Virus record (IMG/VR): IMGVR_UViG_2687453454_000003
Location: 1,823 to 65,822 of that record
Direction: 5' to 3' (one strand)
Source of the DNA: a virus
Lineage: Duplodnaviria; Heunggongvirae; Uroviricota; Caudoviricetes
Length of the DNA: 64,000 nt
Shown in pieces: positions 19,957 through 31,007 of this stretch (the first letter of the stretch is position 1; each line of letters starts with the position of its first letter). Position numbers and translations under genes: made by a program. The notes beneath the pieces were generated by a model. That model saw nothing but the letters and a program-made list of their open reading frames with translations. It made no database searches and was not told where the DNA came from.

Positions 19957-20300
19957 TCATACTGCCTTTTTTTGAAGAAAAAATTGCGGAAGTCTATTTC
20001 TAGACAAGCTATCTATGTATTCACTATACCACTGCATCATCTGTTGTCTCCCTTCCAAATACTGTGCATGATTGTAAGCCCCGAGAATAGCGTTCTTATC
20101 CACATGTGCAAGTTGTGTTTCGAAACATGCAGAGTTGAATCCTTCTTCGTGCAGAATGGTACTCATTGTGTGACGAAAACCATGCCCCGTCAGCCTTCCT
20201 TTTTATCCTAATAGCTCAATTACCTGATTAATGCTTTCCTTTGAGATCGGCTTAGTACGATCATCACGTCCAATGAATACTATCGGATAGATGCACCTAA
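19957..20300 (-). pseudogene. integrase gene fragment (C-terminal about 115 codons of a P4-type integrase, with in-frame stop)
   Basis: Translation ...IGRDDRTKPISKESINQVIELLG*KGRLTGHGFRHTMSTILHEEGFNSACFETQLAHVDKNAILGAYNHAQYLEGRQQMMQWY aligns with the C-terminus of the 14794-16008 integrase (PGRNDPRKTMSEASINQVFKRIGYAGRVTGHGFRHTMSTILHEQGYN...); TAA replaces the Tyr codon; no N-terminal part. Confidence 0.7.
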
Positions 20301-20526
20301 TCTTATAACATCGTGTTTTCTATGTCCGTTCCTGGCACATAGCAGTCCTAGAGACAGTGGCGTAAAGTCATGGAGGATCGGTGGGAGGAGGCGCTAATCC
20401 TTTCATACAAAAATATGTAAAATCAATAACGGCTGTAAATCATTCAATACTCGCACTATCGGAAGTTCACCAGCCAGCCGCAGCACGTTATTGCATACAA
20501 CGTGTATGCGGCGTATCTCAAAACGA

Positions 20527-21111
20527 TTACTCCATTACAGGGACAGCAGGCCACTCAATATCCGGTGCTACTGATGTATCAACACGGTTCAGCAATACCC
20601 GATACTTTTTCCAGGCTGCCAGCAACGAGATTTCTTCCTCCGTTGCGATTTCCAGATCTACAGCATCCTGAAGTGGCGCAATATGCTCACTGGCTACCTG
20701 CATCAGGCTGTTTTTTGTTTCTTCCGCCTCCCGGATCCGGAACAGTTTTTCTGCTTCTGCATCTTTCACCCAGGCTGTGCCGTTCCACTTCTGAAACTCC
20801 CCTTCCGGCGATAACCAGGTAACATTTTCCGGTAACGGACCGAGTTCAGAAATAAATAACTCGTCTCCTGACGCTACGTCATAAACCGTTTTACCCCGAT
20901 GGTCTTCAACGAGATGCCACGATGCCTCATCACTGTTGAAAACAGCCACAAAGCCAGCAGGAATATCTGGTGGTGCAATATCGGTACTGTTTGCTGGCAG
21001 ACCTGTATGAGGCGGAATATATGCATCACCTTCACCAATAAATTCATTAGTTCCGGCCAGCAGATTATAAATTGTTATGGTCCGTGGTTGTTCACTCATT
21101 CTGAATGCCAT
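20527..21111 (-). CDS. tfa: tail fiber assembly protein
   Basis: 194 aa immediately downstream of the side tail fiber gene with overlapping stop/start; Tfa-like size and context. Confidence 0.75.
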   Translation of the reverse strand: MAFRMSEQPRTITIYNLLAGTNEFIGEGDAYIPPHTGLPANSTDIAPPDIPAGFVAVFNSDEASWHLVEDHRGKTVYDVASGDELFISELGPLPENVTWLSPEGEFQKWNGTAWVKDAEAEKLFRIREAEETKNSLMQVASEHIAPLQDAVDLEIATEEEISLLAAWKKYRVLLNRVDTSVAPDIEWPAVPVME

Positions 21112-24100
21112 TATGCAAGCCTCACAATATAGTTAAATGCGATGTTTTTGACGGTGTTTTCCGCGTTACCAGCAGCGTTAACGGTGATGGTGTGTCCATG
21201 CGAACCAATCGCAACGGAGTGCGTATGAGCACCAATACCGACAGTATGTGCATGTGCGCCTGCGCTTGCAGCAGTGCCGGACAGCGAGTGGGTATGAGCA
21301 CCATCTGATGATGTCTTCCCTGCATTACGAGTCTGGCCACTACCGCTTGTTGTGCTCATAATCCCCGCGCTTAGATTTGAAATCGCGGTATAACCATTAG
21401 GGAAAATGCTCGTGTTCGTGCCACCAAATGCACCGGAACTCTTGTGTTGGTGCGCACCGGCACTATTTGCTGTCCCGCTAATACTATGGGTATGCGCACC
21501 AGTGTTATTCGTGGATTTAGTGCCGTAATCAAACGATGATGTGGTTTTCGTACCCAAATCCGTACTGGATACGCTGGCGCTGTGGGTGTGCGATTTAATG
21601 CCGTCCTGTTCCTGAGACAATACGGCACGACCACTGGCGGGCTTGCCCTTAATCGTCCAGCCACGCATATCAGGGATCACGCCTGACGGATAAGCGGCCG
21701 CAAGTTTCGGGTAAGCAGATTTGTCAAAAGTCTGCCCCTGCATCAGGGCATAACCAGACGGAACGGTATCTGATGGCCACGGGATTGGTGCGCCGACTGG
21801 GTAGCTTTCTGGTGGAAGATTTTTCGAGGTATAAACTTCTGCCCAGTCTTCCTCAAAACCATAACCGTCTCTTGAAGAACGGTAGAACAGACCACCATTT
21901 CTGTAATGCGCCTTCATCTGCAGGGTCCGGCAACTTCCGACTCCGGTATAGAAGTTAACCAGAATATAGCTGTCGCCAGAGCGGGTGACATTGTAAGCGC
22001 CTGATTCGGCATTCCAGGGAACGCCACCATCCGCATCGGCATATGTATCCGTTGCCCTTCTGGCAAAAGCAGCCACATGCGCGGCGGTTAAAGTGATATC
22101 AGTAGAACCATCAAATGGAACACCGGATATTTTTCTTGCAGTCTGAAGTTTTGTAGCAGTTGCAGCATTACCAGTAGTGTTCTGATTACCCGTAGTGTTT
22201 ACACCTGGAAGGTTAATATTTGCAGAACCGTCGAAAACAACTCCACCGATAGATCTTGCCGTCTGCAATTTCGTGGCTGTACTTGCATTACCATTCAATG
22301 AACCAGTTAATCCACCTGTAACAGACAACGGACCTGAAACTGTTCCTCCGGTTGTTGGCAGTGCTCCAATATCTGATGGTGTAGGTTTCTGATGTGTGCT
22401 ATACATCGTATAAACAACACCATCGGTAACGCTGGAAGGCTTACTCGCTGAATATGTTGGCGATGTATAAACAGAAACTGTCGCATTTGCAGTACAATCC
22501 CAATGGATATTTACACGAGTCGCATAATTGCCAATCTCAACGTAAATATCATATGTATCGCCGGATGTGTTGATCCAGGCGAAATTCGTTAATCCGACGG
22601 CTGTACGCTTCCACAAAGCCCCGGTAATTCCTTTGGGGTTTCCATTGCCTGCTCGTAGAACCAGTTCTGAAATGCCTGCCTGATGTGGGGAACCGACGTT
22701 GTAACCAGCGCCACCAATCAATGCGATGTAAACGATGGAACTCGCTTGTGGCATGGTAACCGTAGCCAGTTTGAACCACCCAGCCCCGCCAGAGAAAGAC
22801 ATCGTTACTGAATTTAAAGTACCAATATCTTTCGGCGTTAATGTTATATCCGCAGTCAGTGCTTTTCCGTTAACTTTTCGGTTAGATGGCACCCTGCTAT
22901 TCGCATTGTCATTGGCTGCTTTAACTGCTTTTGGCGTTGCGGCCAGCGATTCACTGGTGCTATCAACAGCACTGCTAAGTTTCACAACACCTTTAGTTGT
23001 AAGGCTTGCGTCTTCCATCGCAACTGCACCGGCAATCTCTTCAGCACGATCAGCAGCAGCTTCCGCACGGGTCGCAGCGGATTCAGCAGCAGTTTTGCTC
23101 TGAGATGCTGCCGTCGCACTGCCTGCCGCCTCTGTTGCTTTCGTGGATGCCGTCGTGGCGCTGCCCTTCGCTGCTGACGCCTGTCTGGTCGCCTCATCTT
23201 TTGAAGCAGACGCAGATGATGCCGATGACGCTGCCGAACTGGCGGACGATGCGGCTGCCGTTTTTGAGGATTCTGCACGGGTTTCCGACGCTTTCGCATT
23301 CGTTTCGGATGTCTTCGCTGCGGAAGCAGACCTCGCTGCTGCGCTGGTCTGTTCAGTGGCTTCGCCAGCCTTCGTTGTGGCTGTTGAAGCAGACGATGCG
23401 GCACTTTCTGCCGATTTTCCGGCGGCGGTGGCACTGGCTGAGGCCTGCCCGGCACTTGTTGACGCTGCACTGGCAGATAATGCAGCCGCTGTTTTTGAGC
23501 CTGCCGCAGCTGAGGCGCTCTGTCCCGCTGCCGTTTCAGAAGACCTGGCGTTCGTCTCGGACGTTTTTGCCGCCTTCGCAGAATTTGCTGCCGCCGTTGC
23601 CGAGGAAGCGGCACTACTGGCGCTCGAGGCTGCGCTCGTTTCTGATGATTTCGCTGCCTCTTTTGAGGCCGCCGCATCCCGGGCTGAGGTGGCAGCTTCT
23701 GACGCTTTCGTGGTCGCGGTGGATGCAGAAGTGGCTGCAGATTGTTGTGACGCTGCAGCATTCGTTTCTGACGTTTTCGCCGCACCAGCACTGGTAGCCG
23801 CCGCGCTTTTTGAGGACTCTGCAGCGGCAGCACTTTTTGATGCTTCAGTAGCCTTTGTTGATGCCGTTCCTGCGCTGGAAGACGCTGACTGAGCCGACGT
23901 CGCGGCCTGCCCGGCTGATGTGCTGGCTGCACGTGCTGAGCCTGCAGCATCAGCCGCATGGGTTGCCGCCTCACGGGCTGATGTGCCGGCATCGCTGGCT
24001 GACTTCTTCGCGGCTGCCGTGTTCTGTGCCACCGCGGACGCGTTACGCTCCACCTCTTCCACCATCAGTTCAAAACGGCGCAGTGCCTCAGGACGGGCAT

Positions 24101-24395
24101 CATCCTCCGTCATGGCACCGAGAAAATCATTCAGCGTACCGGGTCGGGAATCTTCATACACGGTGATGGTCCCGGCATGTGACGGCGGGAATCCTTCCAC
24201 CAACAGAATAACGCTGTACTGACCGTACTCAACGTCCATGCTGTAACGCCCGGCTTCATCCGGATTTTCTGAGGCCAGCGTGTTTACCACCACCGTGGTG
24301 CTGTTACGTTTTGCTTTCAGCTGGATTGTGCAGTTCTGTACCGGTTTTCCTGTGCCGTCTTTCAGTACACCTGAAATCTTTACTGCCATATTCAC
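21111..24395 (-). CDS. stf: side tail fiber protein (Stf-like) with long Ala/Ser/Thr-rich repeat region and C-terminal GAHTHS-type fiber repeats
   Basis: 1094 aa; N-terminus resembles lambda Stf; about 320 aa of low-complexity repeats (KTSETNA..., SASAA...); C-terminal repeats GAHTHS / GAHAHT / GSHGHT. Confidence 0.8.
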   Translation of the reverse strand: MNMAVKISGVLKDGTGKPVQNCTIQLKAKRNSTTVVVNTLASENPDEAGRYSMDVEYGQYSVILLVEGFPPSHAGTITVYEDSRPGTLNDFLGAMTEDDARPEALRRFELMVEEVERNASAVAQNTAAAKKSASDAGTSAREAATHAADAAGSARAASTSAGQAATSAQSASSSAGTASTKATEASKSAAAAESSKSAAATSAGAAKTSETNAAASQQSAATSASTATTKASEAATSARDAAASKEAAKSSETSAASSASSAASSATAAANSAKAAKTSETNARSSETAAGQSASAAAGSKTAAALSASAASTSAGQASASATAAGKSAESAASSASTATTKAGEATEQTSAAARSASAAKTSETNAKASETRAESSKTAAASSASSAASSASSASASKDEATRQASAAKGSATTASTKATEAAGSATAASQSKTAAESAATRAEAAADRAEEIAGAVAMEDASLTTKGVVKLSSAVDSTSESLAATPKAVKAANDNANSRVPSNRKVNGKALTADITLTPKDIGTLNSVTMSFSGGAGWFKLATVTMPQASSIVYIALIGGAGYNVGSPHQAGISELVLRAGNGNPKGITGALWKRTAVGLTNFAWINTSGDTYDIYVEIGNYATRVNIHWDCTANATVSVYTSPTYSASKPSSVTDGVVYTMYSTHQKPTPSDIGALPTTGGTVSGPLSVTGGLTGSLNGNASTATKLQTARSIGGVVFDGSANINLPGVNTTGNQNTTGNAATATKLQTARKISGVPFDGSTDITLTAAHVAAFARRATDTYADADGGVPWNAESGAYNVTRSGDSYILVNFYTGVGSCRTLQMKAHYRNGGLFYRSSRDGYGFEEDWAEVYTSKNLPPESYPVGAPIPWPSDTVPSGYALMQGQTFDKSAYPKLAAAYPSGVIPDMRGWTIKGKPASGRAVLSQEQDGIKSHTHSASVSSTDLGTKTTSSFDYGTKSTNNTGAHTHSISGTANSAGAHQHKSSGAFGGTNTSIFPNGYTAISNLSAGIMSTTSGSGQTRNAGKTSSDGAHTHSLSGTAASAGAHAHTVGIGAHTHSVAIGSHGHTITVNAAGNAENTVKNIAFNYIVRLA

Positions 24396-24453
24396 CCCAC
24401 AAAAAAGCCCGCCTGAACCGGCGGGCTGTCATAACACTGTGTTACCTGGCTAA

Positions 24454-25053
24454 TCAGAATTTATAACCGACCCCCATGATGAAACCGTCAGTGCGCCAGT
24501 CGCCACTGCCGGAGCCTTCATAAGCAATATCAATGGCCACGGATTCGGTCGGGTTAAACTGCACGCCAGCTCCCCACGCCAGAGACGTGTTGCTGTGGCG
24601 ACCGTCATCACTTCCGGTCAGCACGTCGTGCGTTTTCCCCTTGTTGTCAGTTACGCGGAGATAATCCCCGGAGAAAGTCGACACACGGCTGTAAGCCACA
24701 CCCGCCATCGCATACGCGCTGAACCATTCATTCACGCGCACAGACGGCCCCGCCATCACGCTGAACCAGCGGTTACGAACGGAATCTTCATGCCAGCGGG
24801 TATCGCTGTAACGGGTAAGCTGGCGATTCTTGTCTCCTGCATAGCTGAATGACGTCACCATCCCCAGTGTGTCCGTAAACTCATAACGGTATTTCACGTT
24901 AATCCCGTTCAGATCATCACTGCCGGGGACGTTCGTCGAGGCATGAAGATACCCCGCGCTCAGCGTGGACTGATGTTCAGACGCCCATGCAGGCGCACCG
25001 GATACGGCCAGACAAATGGCTGCGGACAAAATTGCTGCACAAACTTTACGCAT
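24454..25053 (-). CDS. lom: Lom/Ail-family outer membrane beta-barrel protein
   Basis: 199 aa; signal peptide [24 protein letters not shown]; C-terminal aromatic beta-strand ending GVGYKF; lambda lom position between J and stf. Confidence 0.85.
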   Translation of the reverse strand: MRKVCAAILSAAICLAVSGAPAWASEHQSTLSAGYLHASTNVPGSDDLNGINVKYRYEFTDTLGMVTSFSYAGDKNRQLTRYSDTRWHEDSVRNRWFSVMAGPSVRVNEWFSAYAMAGVAYSRVSTFSGDYLRVTDNKGKTHDVLTGSDDGRHSNTSLAWGAGVQFNPTESVAIDIAYEGSGSGDWRTDGFIMGVGYKF

Positions 25054-25123
25054 AATTACCTCTCGCTTTTCTGCAATAAAAAAGGCGTCATTCCTGACGC
25101 CCTTTATTGGGGTTATAAATATT

Positions 25124-28100
25124 TCAACGAATACTGATGCCGGAAGCGGCTTTTTTGGTCACAATCACCGTACAGTCGGTGATATTGCCTGCCCCCTGAT
25201 TGCCTTTCTGGAAAATCTTAAACTCCAGAGTGACGCTTCCCCTGCCACTCGGCATATCAATAACTGCACTGTAACTACCGGGAATGGCCCCTTTAGTTTC
25301 TCTGGATGCGATTAATACGCCGTTTTTGCGAACTTCAAAACCATAACCCGTGTATCTTGTACCTCCCGGGTTATTACCACTTCCCGGATCGCTATACGCT
25401 ATTCCGTTAAAGATAATGGGCGGAATAATGATTTGACGGTCAAAGTTATGATCATCGCTGATGGTGACTGTAACCGTCCCGTTTGGTGTTTCCGTATTAC
25501 CCCACGTACCAGCCTGTTTCGGGAATGATTTGGATACAGCTTTAACGAAGTCACCTCTGACCTGAGTCGCCTCCAGCATGCCCTTAATCGTACAGTTTTC
25601 ATTTACCGTGACATTGTTGAGCGTCCCGGCGTTCGCATTCACACTGCCACTGATATCCGCATTTTTAGCGGTCAGCTTTCCGTCCGGTGTCAGGGAAAAT
25701 GCCGGCGGATTTCCACCGCTGGTAATGGTGGGAGCCGTCAGGCGTTTCAGGAACACGTCATTCATGAATATCTGATCACCCTGACCAACAAACATCGGTT
25801 TTGTGTTGCCATTTGCAGGATTAATCATCGCAATCCTGTCCGCCGCCAGCAGCACCTGACTCTGCATGCCGTCAGGGGTGTTCTCAATACCGGCACCGAT
25901 ACCCGCAATATAAAGGCGTCCGTCCTGCATCTGCTGCAGCTTCACTGCCCACATGCTGTTCAGGTTATTATTTGTATCAACCTGAACCTTCTGTATCTGC
26001 TGGATCGCTGCACTCTGGTCTTCCAGTTTCTTATTGACGGTCTGTGTTATTTCATTGCTGACATCCGTTATGGACGTCCTGATTTCAGTCAGGTCAGGCG
26101 CAAGCTGACCGTTATCAATCTGCGTCCACAGCTCCTGAGCCAGATGGGTTTTCCCTATCTCGCCTTTGAAAAAATCCAGATAGCCTGATGCATCATCACT
26201 CGGCTGACCGACAGCCTCCACGAATGCCGATTTGCCAACGGTGTTCACACTGCGAACGTAAAAATAATAATCATGGCCCGGTTTGATATTGATACTGGCG
26301 GCTATCCAGTACAGTGCCGTACCAAGATAACGCGCGCTGGTTTCAACCTGCCTGATATCCGCAATCCGTTTTTCCGAGAACCAGAACTCAAACTGTACCG
26401 TCGGGTCATAAACCGCAAGATGCGGCGTGGCGGTTATCTGAAAATAGCCCGGCGTCAGCTCAATCCGCGACGGCGCTGCCGGTGCGGCAATCCGGAACGA
26501 TACCGACGCCGGATCGCCCTGCTGCCCCCACGCATTTACTGCCCGGACTGTCAGCCTGTAGTTCCCCAGAGCCAGTTGTGTGAAGCGGTAAGTGGTTTCC
26601 GTCGTCCGGGCCGTGCTGACCAGCCGCTCACTGCCGTCATCCGCTGCCACGGTCAGGCGAAGCAGGAAGCTCACGCCCTTCACCACCTTCGGCGTGTCCC
26701 AGCGCGCCAGCACCTGATATTCCCCGCTGTCTGCGGTGACTTCGGCGGTCAGGTGCTGCACCGCTGGCGGCGTGACACCATTCACCGTGCCGCTCTGGTC
26801 GCCGTCAAAGTGCGCCCCGTTATCCACGATGGCTTCTTTTTCCGGTACATGCTGCACGGCAGTGATGGCATACGTGCCGTCATCGTTCTCACGGATACTC
26901 ACACAGCGGAACAGGCGCTGGCGCAGCGTCGGCAGCTTCAGCCCCCACACACTGTATTCTGCAACGCCGTCAGGAACCCGGTTCACTTTCACCTTAAGTC
27001 CGTCGGTGACGGACTGAACCTCCACGCTGACCGGATTACCACTTCCGTCAACCAGGCTTATCAGCGTGGTACCGGAGGATGGCAGCGTGATTTCACGGTC
27101 GAGCGTCAGCGTCCGGGTCTGGCTGTTCACCGCCAGCACGCGACCACCGGTGCTGATACCGGCATAGTCATCATCGCAGATTTCAATGACATCGCCCGGT
27201 ACATGGCGAAGCCCTTCAGCACCCACGCTGAAATCCACGGTCTGCGTCTCCAGCAGTTCCGTTTTAATCAGCCACAGCCCGGCGCGGTGTGCCTGCCCCC
27301 GGCTGGTACAGCCAAAGGCATCCATCTTCGTGACATTACGACCGTAACGGGCAATGGCCTGCGTATCTTCAACAAGCTCTGTCGCCGTCTCCCAGCCGTT
27401 GTCCGGGTCAATCCAGTTCACCTCAACGGCATTATGGCGGTCCTTCAGGGCGCTGAAGCTGTAGCGGAACGGCGCGCCATCATCCGGCATCACCACATTA
27501 CTGCGGTTATAGGTCCACACCTTATCCGACGGTCGGTCCTGCACGAACGTCAGCGTCTGCCCGTTCCATACCGGCATACAGCGCATCGCCGAGCAGAAAT
27601 CACTGAGCACATCCCACGCCTTGCGCTGTGTGGTCAGGTACGCATTACAGGTGATGCGCGGCTCCGTGCCGCCAAAGCCGTCCGGCACTGACTGGTCGCA
27701 GTACTGGCCGATGACATACAGCGCCCATTTGTCCACATCCGCCGCACCAAGACGTTTCCCCATGCCGTAGCGTGGATGGGTCAGCATATCCCACAGACAC
27801 CAGGCCATGTTATTGCTGTATGCTGGCTTAAACGTTCCGTCCCAGATACCGCTGTATTGCCGCGTCTGCGGGTTATAGTTCGACGGCACCTGCAGAATAC
27901 GCCCGCGCAGATGATAATTACGGCTCACCTGCTGGCTGCCGAACTGCTCCGAATCCACCTGTACGCCGACCAGTGCCGTGTTCGGGTAGCACTGTTTCAC
28001 ATCGATGATTTCGGTGTATGACGACCAGAGCGTTTTGTTCTGCAGCTGGTCTGTGGTGCTGTCCGGCGTCATCCTGCGCATCCGGATATTGAACGGGCGC

Positions 28101-28621
28101 GGCGGCAGGTTACCCACCACCACCGAGGCCAGATACTGTGAGGTGGTTTTGCCTTTAATGGTGATGTCTTTTTCCGTCACCCAGCCACCATTACGCTGTA
28201 TCTGAACCAGCAGGCGGACTTCCGACGGATTCCGGTCTCCCTTTGAGGTGGTTTCCACCAGTGCCTGCACACCGAAGGTAAAGCGCAGACGGTCGATGTT
28301 TGCCGACGTGATGGTCCGGGTAATCGGCGTGTCGTACTTCACTTCCGTACCCAGCACCGTCTCGGAGCCGGAGGATTCAAATCCCTCCGGCGGTGTCTGC
28401 TCCTGCTCACCGGCCCGGAACACCACCGTGACGCCGGATATATTGGTATTCCCCTCACTGTCCAGCACCGGCGTACTGTTCAGCAGCACGCTTTTTAATC
28501 CATCCACCGGACCTTCAACCGGCCCTTCGCTGATGGCATCGATCACACTCAGCAGCTGCGTGGACTTCAGGTTGTCCTTCGCTTCGCGCGGGGTATGCCC
28601 CTTACTGCTGCCTTTACCCAT
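25124..28621 (-). CDS. J: tail tip / host specificity protein J
   Basis: 1165 aa; position after I; lambda J-like N-terminus and fibronectin-like repeats. Confidence 0.9.
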   Translation of the reverse strand: MGKGSSKGHTPREAKDNLKSTQLLSVIDAISEGPVEGPVDGLKSVLLNSTPVLDSEGNTNISGVTVVFRAGEQEQTPPEGFESSGSETVLGTEVKYDTPITRTITSANIDRLRFTFGVQALVETTSKGDRNPSEVRLLVQIQRNGGWVTEKDITIKGKTTSQYLASVVVGNLPPRPFNIRMRRMTPDSTTDQLQNKTLWSSYTEIIDVKQCYPNTALVGVQVDSEQFGSQQVSRNYHLRGRILQVPSNYNPQTRQYSGIWDGTFKPAYSNNMAWCLWDMLTHPRYGMGKRLGAADVDKWALYVIGQYCDQSVPDGFGGTEPRITCNAYLTTQRKAWDVLSDFCSAMRCMPVWNGQTLTFVQDRPSDKVWTYNRSNVVMPDDGAPFRYSFSALKDRHNAVEVNWIDPDNGWETATELVEDTQAIARYGRNVTKMDAFGCTSRGQAHRAGLWLIKTELLETQTVDFSVGAEGLRHVPGDVIEICDDDYAGISTGGRVLAVNSQTRTLTLDREITLPSSGTTLISLVDGSGNPVSVEVQSVTDGLKVKVNRVPDGVAEYSVWGLKLPTLRQRLFRCVSIRENDDGTYAITAVQHVPEKEAIVDNGAHFDGDQSGTVNGVTPPAVQHLTAEVTADSGEYQVLARWDTPKVVKGVSFLLRLTVAADDGSERLVSTARTTETTYRFTQLALGNYRLTVRAVNAWGQQGDPASVSFRIAAPAAPSRIELTPGYFQITATPHLAVYDPTVQFEFWFSEKRIADIRQVETSARYLGTALYWIAASINIKPGHDYYFYVRSVNTVGKSAFVEAVGQPSDDASGYLDFFKGEIGKTHLAQELWTQIDNGQLAPDLTEIRTSITDVSNEITQTVNKKLEDQSAAIQQIQKVQVDTNNNLNSMWAVKLQQMQDGRLYIAGIGAGIENTPDGMQSQVLLAADRIAMINPANGNTKPMFVGQGDQIFMNDVFLKRLTAPTITSGGNPPAFSLTPDGKLTAKNADISGSVNANAGTLNNVTVNENCTIKGMLEATQVRGDFVKAVSKSFPKQAGTWGNTETPNGTVTVTISDDHNFDRQIIIPPIIFNGIAYSDPGSGNNPGGTRYTGYGFEVRKNGVLIASRETKGAIPGSYSAVIDMPSGRGSVTLEFKIFQKGNQGAGNITDCTVIVTKKAASGISIR

Positions 28622-28681
28622 TCGTCATGCTCCATAAACGATAAAACCGCCCGGAGGCGGTTTCACATAAAACATTTTGCA

Positions 28682-29323
28682 TCAGCGACCAATCACCACA
28701 ACCTGACCACCATCCCCTTCGTCTGCCGTGCTGATCTCCTGAGAAACCACGCGTGACCCCACGCGCATTTCACCGTACAGAACCGGCAGAACATTGCCCT
28801 GGGCAACCATGTTATCCAGTGAAGAAAAATAGGTATTCTGTTTGCCGTTATCCGTTGTCTGTGCGCGGGGGGTTTTGGGTTTAGGGGCCAGCATCTGTGC
28901 AACACCGCCAAGCGTCATACTGGCACCGAGAGAAAACAGCAGATTACTCGCCATAATTCCTACCCCCGGCATCCATATAGCAACCGCCATAACAGCCGCC
29001 CCAAGCACCACCTGAAACACACCGCCACTTTTAGCTCCCGCCAGACGCGGCACGATGTGGATCACGGCACCATTTGCCAGCGGCTCATTAAGACGGGCAG
29101 ATAATTCATTTTCGCCTGCATCACGCCCGGCAATGCGCACCTGATACCAGCCCTCATTCAGTTTCTGACGAAACACCGGGAGCTGTGTGGCCAGTGCCCG
29201 GATGGCTTCAGCCCCCGTTTTCACACGAAGGTCGATACGGCGACCAAATCGTTGCAAATCCCCGTAAAGGCAGATGCGTGCCATGCCCGGTGACGCCAGA
29301 GGGAGTGTGTGCGTCGCTGCCAT
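28682..29323 (-). CDS. I: tail assembly protein I
   Basis: 213 aa; lambda gpI-like size, position and hydrophobic middle segment. Confidence 0.8.
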   Translation of the reverse strand: MAATHTLPLASPGMARICLYGDLQRFGRRIDLRVKTGAEAIRALATQLPVFRQKLNEGWYQVRIAGRDAGENELSARLNEPLANGAVIHIVPRLAGAKSGGVFQVVLGAAVMAVAIWMPGVGIMASNLLFSLGASMTLGGVAQMLAPKPKTPRAQTTDNGKQNTYFSSLDNMVAQGNVLPVLYGEMRVGSRVVSQEISTADEGDGGQVVVIGR

Positions 29324-29964
29324 TTGTCGGTATACCTCTCTCGTTTACTCAGTTGTTCAGGAATATGGTGCAGCAGCTCGCCGTCGCCACAGTAAATGGC
29401 GGCATGATTCGGCACCGATGAACCAAAACAGCACAGCAGCACGTCGCCAGGCTGCGCCTCTGTCAGTGGGACACGGTAAAAACCCGTTGCCTCCATATTG
29501 TCAAGATAGAGATTCTGGCCGTGACGCCACCAGTCATCCCCGCGATGAAAATCCGGCATCTCAATTCCCGCCAGATGGTAAGCGTCCCGGAACAGCGTGT
29601 AACAGTCCGTCACCCCGTGCTCAAAGCGCCGCCCGGTAAGATGTGGCACACAGCGGAATTTATGAATCGCCCCCCGGCAGACCAGCCACCACGGCAAATC
29701 ACTCTGCACCTGCAGCCGCCGGTCGGCCTCACTCAGCCAGGGCAGACCACCGGGGTGGCTGTGGACCAGTGCCACAATCTCACCCTGCATCTCTGCCTGC
29801 AGCCAGTCTTCCGGCGACATACGGAAATACGCCTCCGGCTCACCGGAGATATTCACGCAGGGAAAATATCTTTCCCCCTCCGGTGTTCTCACCACGAAGC
29901 CGCACGACTCCGCTGGCGCACATCGCCGGGCGTGCGCCAGAATCGCTGATTCTGTCTGTGTCAT
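29221..29964 (-). CDS. K: tail assembly protein K (JAB/MPN + NlpC/P60 domains)
   Basis: 247 aa; HSHP zinc-metalloprotease-type motif (ALVHSHPGG) and Cys-containing NlpC/P60-like C-terminal half; lambda K position. Confidence 0.85.
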   Translation of the reverse strand: MTQTESAILAHARRCAPAESCGFVVRTPEGERYFPCVNISGEPEAYFRMSPEDWLQAEMQGEIVALVHSHPGGLPWLSEADRRLQVQSDLPWWLVCRGAIHKFRCVPHLTGRRFEHGVTDCYTLFRDAYHLAGIEMPDFHRGDDWWRHGQNLYLDNMEATGFYRVPLTEAQPGDVLLCCFGSSVPNHAAIYCGDGELLHHIPEQLSKRERYTDKWQRRTHSLWRHRAWHASAFTGICNDLVAVSTFV

Positions 29965-29969
29965 GGGAT

Positions 29970-30668
29970 TTACTGCGAAAGTTTGTTAATGGAAAGGAAG
30001 CCGCCAAAGTTGCCGACGTTATTGCGGAACTTACAGCCGCTCAGGCATTTGCTGCATTTATCCTTCGTGATATCGGACGTCGGCTGGTCATATTCATCCG
30101 CGACAGCCGGACCGTGATAACCGCACTCATCACCGCGATAGGTCCAGGTGCAGGTGTTGGCCAGCATGATACGTCCCGGAAAAACAGCGCCATCCGTTTC
30201 CGTCGGCGTGGACAGTACAAAAGAAGCACTGACCGCACTCAGTTCACTGCACTGCTCGATGCGCCAGCGGCTGATCACCTCCTGCTCCGGGTCGGCATCA
30301 CTGTTTCCGTTGACGAAGTTCACCGCATCCAGAAAACGGGCGTAAACCTTACGCCGGACCACCGTTCCGCCGACCAGACTCTGCAGATCTTCCGCCATAC
30401 CGGTGACCATGCCGTGCAGGTTAGAAACCGTCAGTGTCGGACGGGCAGCACTGCCCTTGCCGTTCAGTTCAAATCCTGTCCCCTGAATGGGGTATGCCTG
30501 ATACTGCCGCCCCTGCCAGGTGACCGGCTCACCTTTTTCGTTCTGCTCATTACAGAAAAAATAACGTTCACCACCGACCTCTGTCAGATCGATTTCCCAG
30601 AGCACCACCTGGGCTGACTGAGTGAGGCGTGTCGTCTCATGATGTGTTTCCTGTGGAATATCCTGCAT
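29970..30668 (-). CDS. L: minor tail protein L
   Basis: 232 aa; lambda gpL-like with C-terminal Cys cluster (CSKCLSGCKF). Confidence 0.85.
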   Translation of the reverse strand: MQDIPQETHHETTRLTQSAQVVLWEIDLTEVGGERYFFCNEQNEKGEPVTWQGRQYQAYPIQGTGFELNGKGSAARPTLTVSNLHGMVTGMAEDLQSLVGGTVVRRKVYARFLDAVNFVNGNSDADPEQEVISRWRIEQCSELSAVSASFVLSTPTETDGAVFPGRIMLANTCTWTYRGDECGYHGPAVADEYDQPTSDITKDKCSKCLSGCKFRNNVGNFGGFLSINKLSQ

Positions 30669-30677
30669 CAGAGCCTC

Positions 30678-31007
30678 CTATGCCACGACCTGTTCAAAAT
30701 CTGCCGTTATGGTTACCCACAGCGCCCCCACGCTTGCCGACCATTTACGACAAACCACCCTGATCGGCTTCCAGTCATAAGGTGGCGTCCACTGAAATGC
30801 GCGGACGCCACCGTGCCGTTCCAGAAAGGCTTTTAAAGATGGGTGTTCACATTTACGAACACGTATCGTCACGCTGTAAATCGACAACTGGTTATTCAGT
30901 CCCGCCGCACGACGCTGTTCATAACCATCGCCCAGCTTCACTGTCACCACTTTCGGCTCTGATACCACATTCATATCCGGGCGCACTTTCCAGTGAAACG
31001 TCTCCAT
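30678..31007 (-). CDS. M: minor tail protein M
   Basis: 109 aa; strongly lambda gpM-like (FxWKVxP..., GDGYxQR, HGGxxxFxWTPPYxW). Confidence 0.9.
   Translation of the reverse strand: METFHWKVRPDMNVVSEPKVVTVKLGDGYEQRRAAGLNNQLSIYSVTIRVRKCEHPSLKAFLERHGGVRAFQWTPPYDWKPIRVVCRKWSASVGALWVTITADFEQVVA

Noticed and set aside
22982-23992. Several 250-336-aa ORFs on both strands within the stf repeat region (22982-23992, 23006-23797, 23143-23892)
   Set aside because: Artefacts of the stop-poor low-complexity repeat array; translations are homopolymeric or Arg/Pro/Gln-rich
26273-27691. 472-aa plus-strand ORF inside the J gene
   Set aside because: Antisense to a well-supported tail gene; Arg/His/Pro-rich translation typical of a GC-rich reverse frame; no SD or independent support
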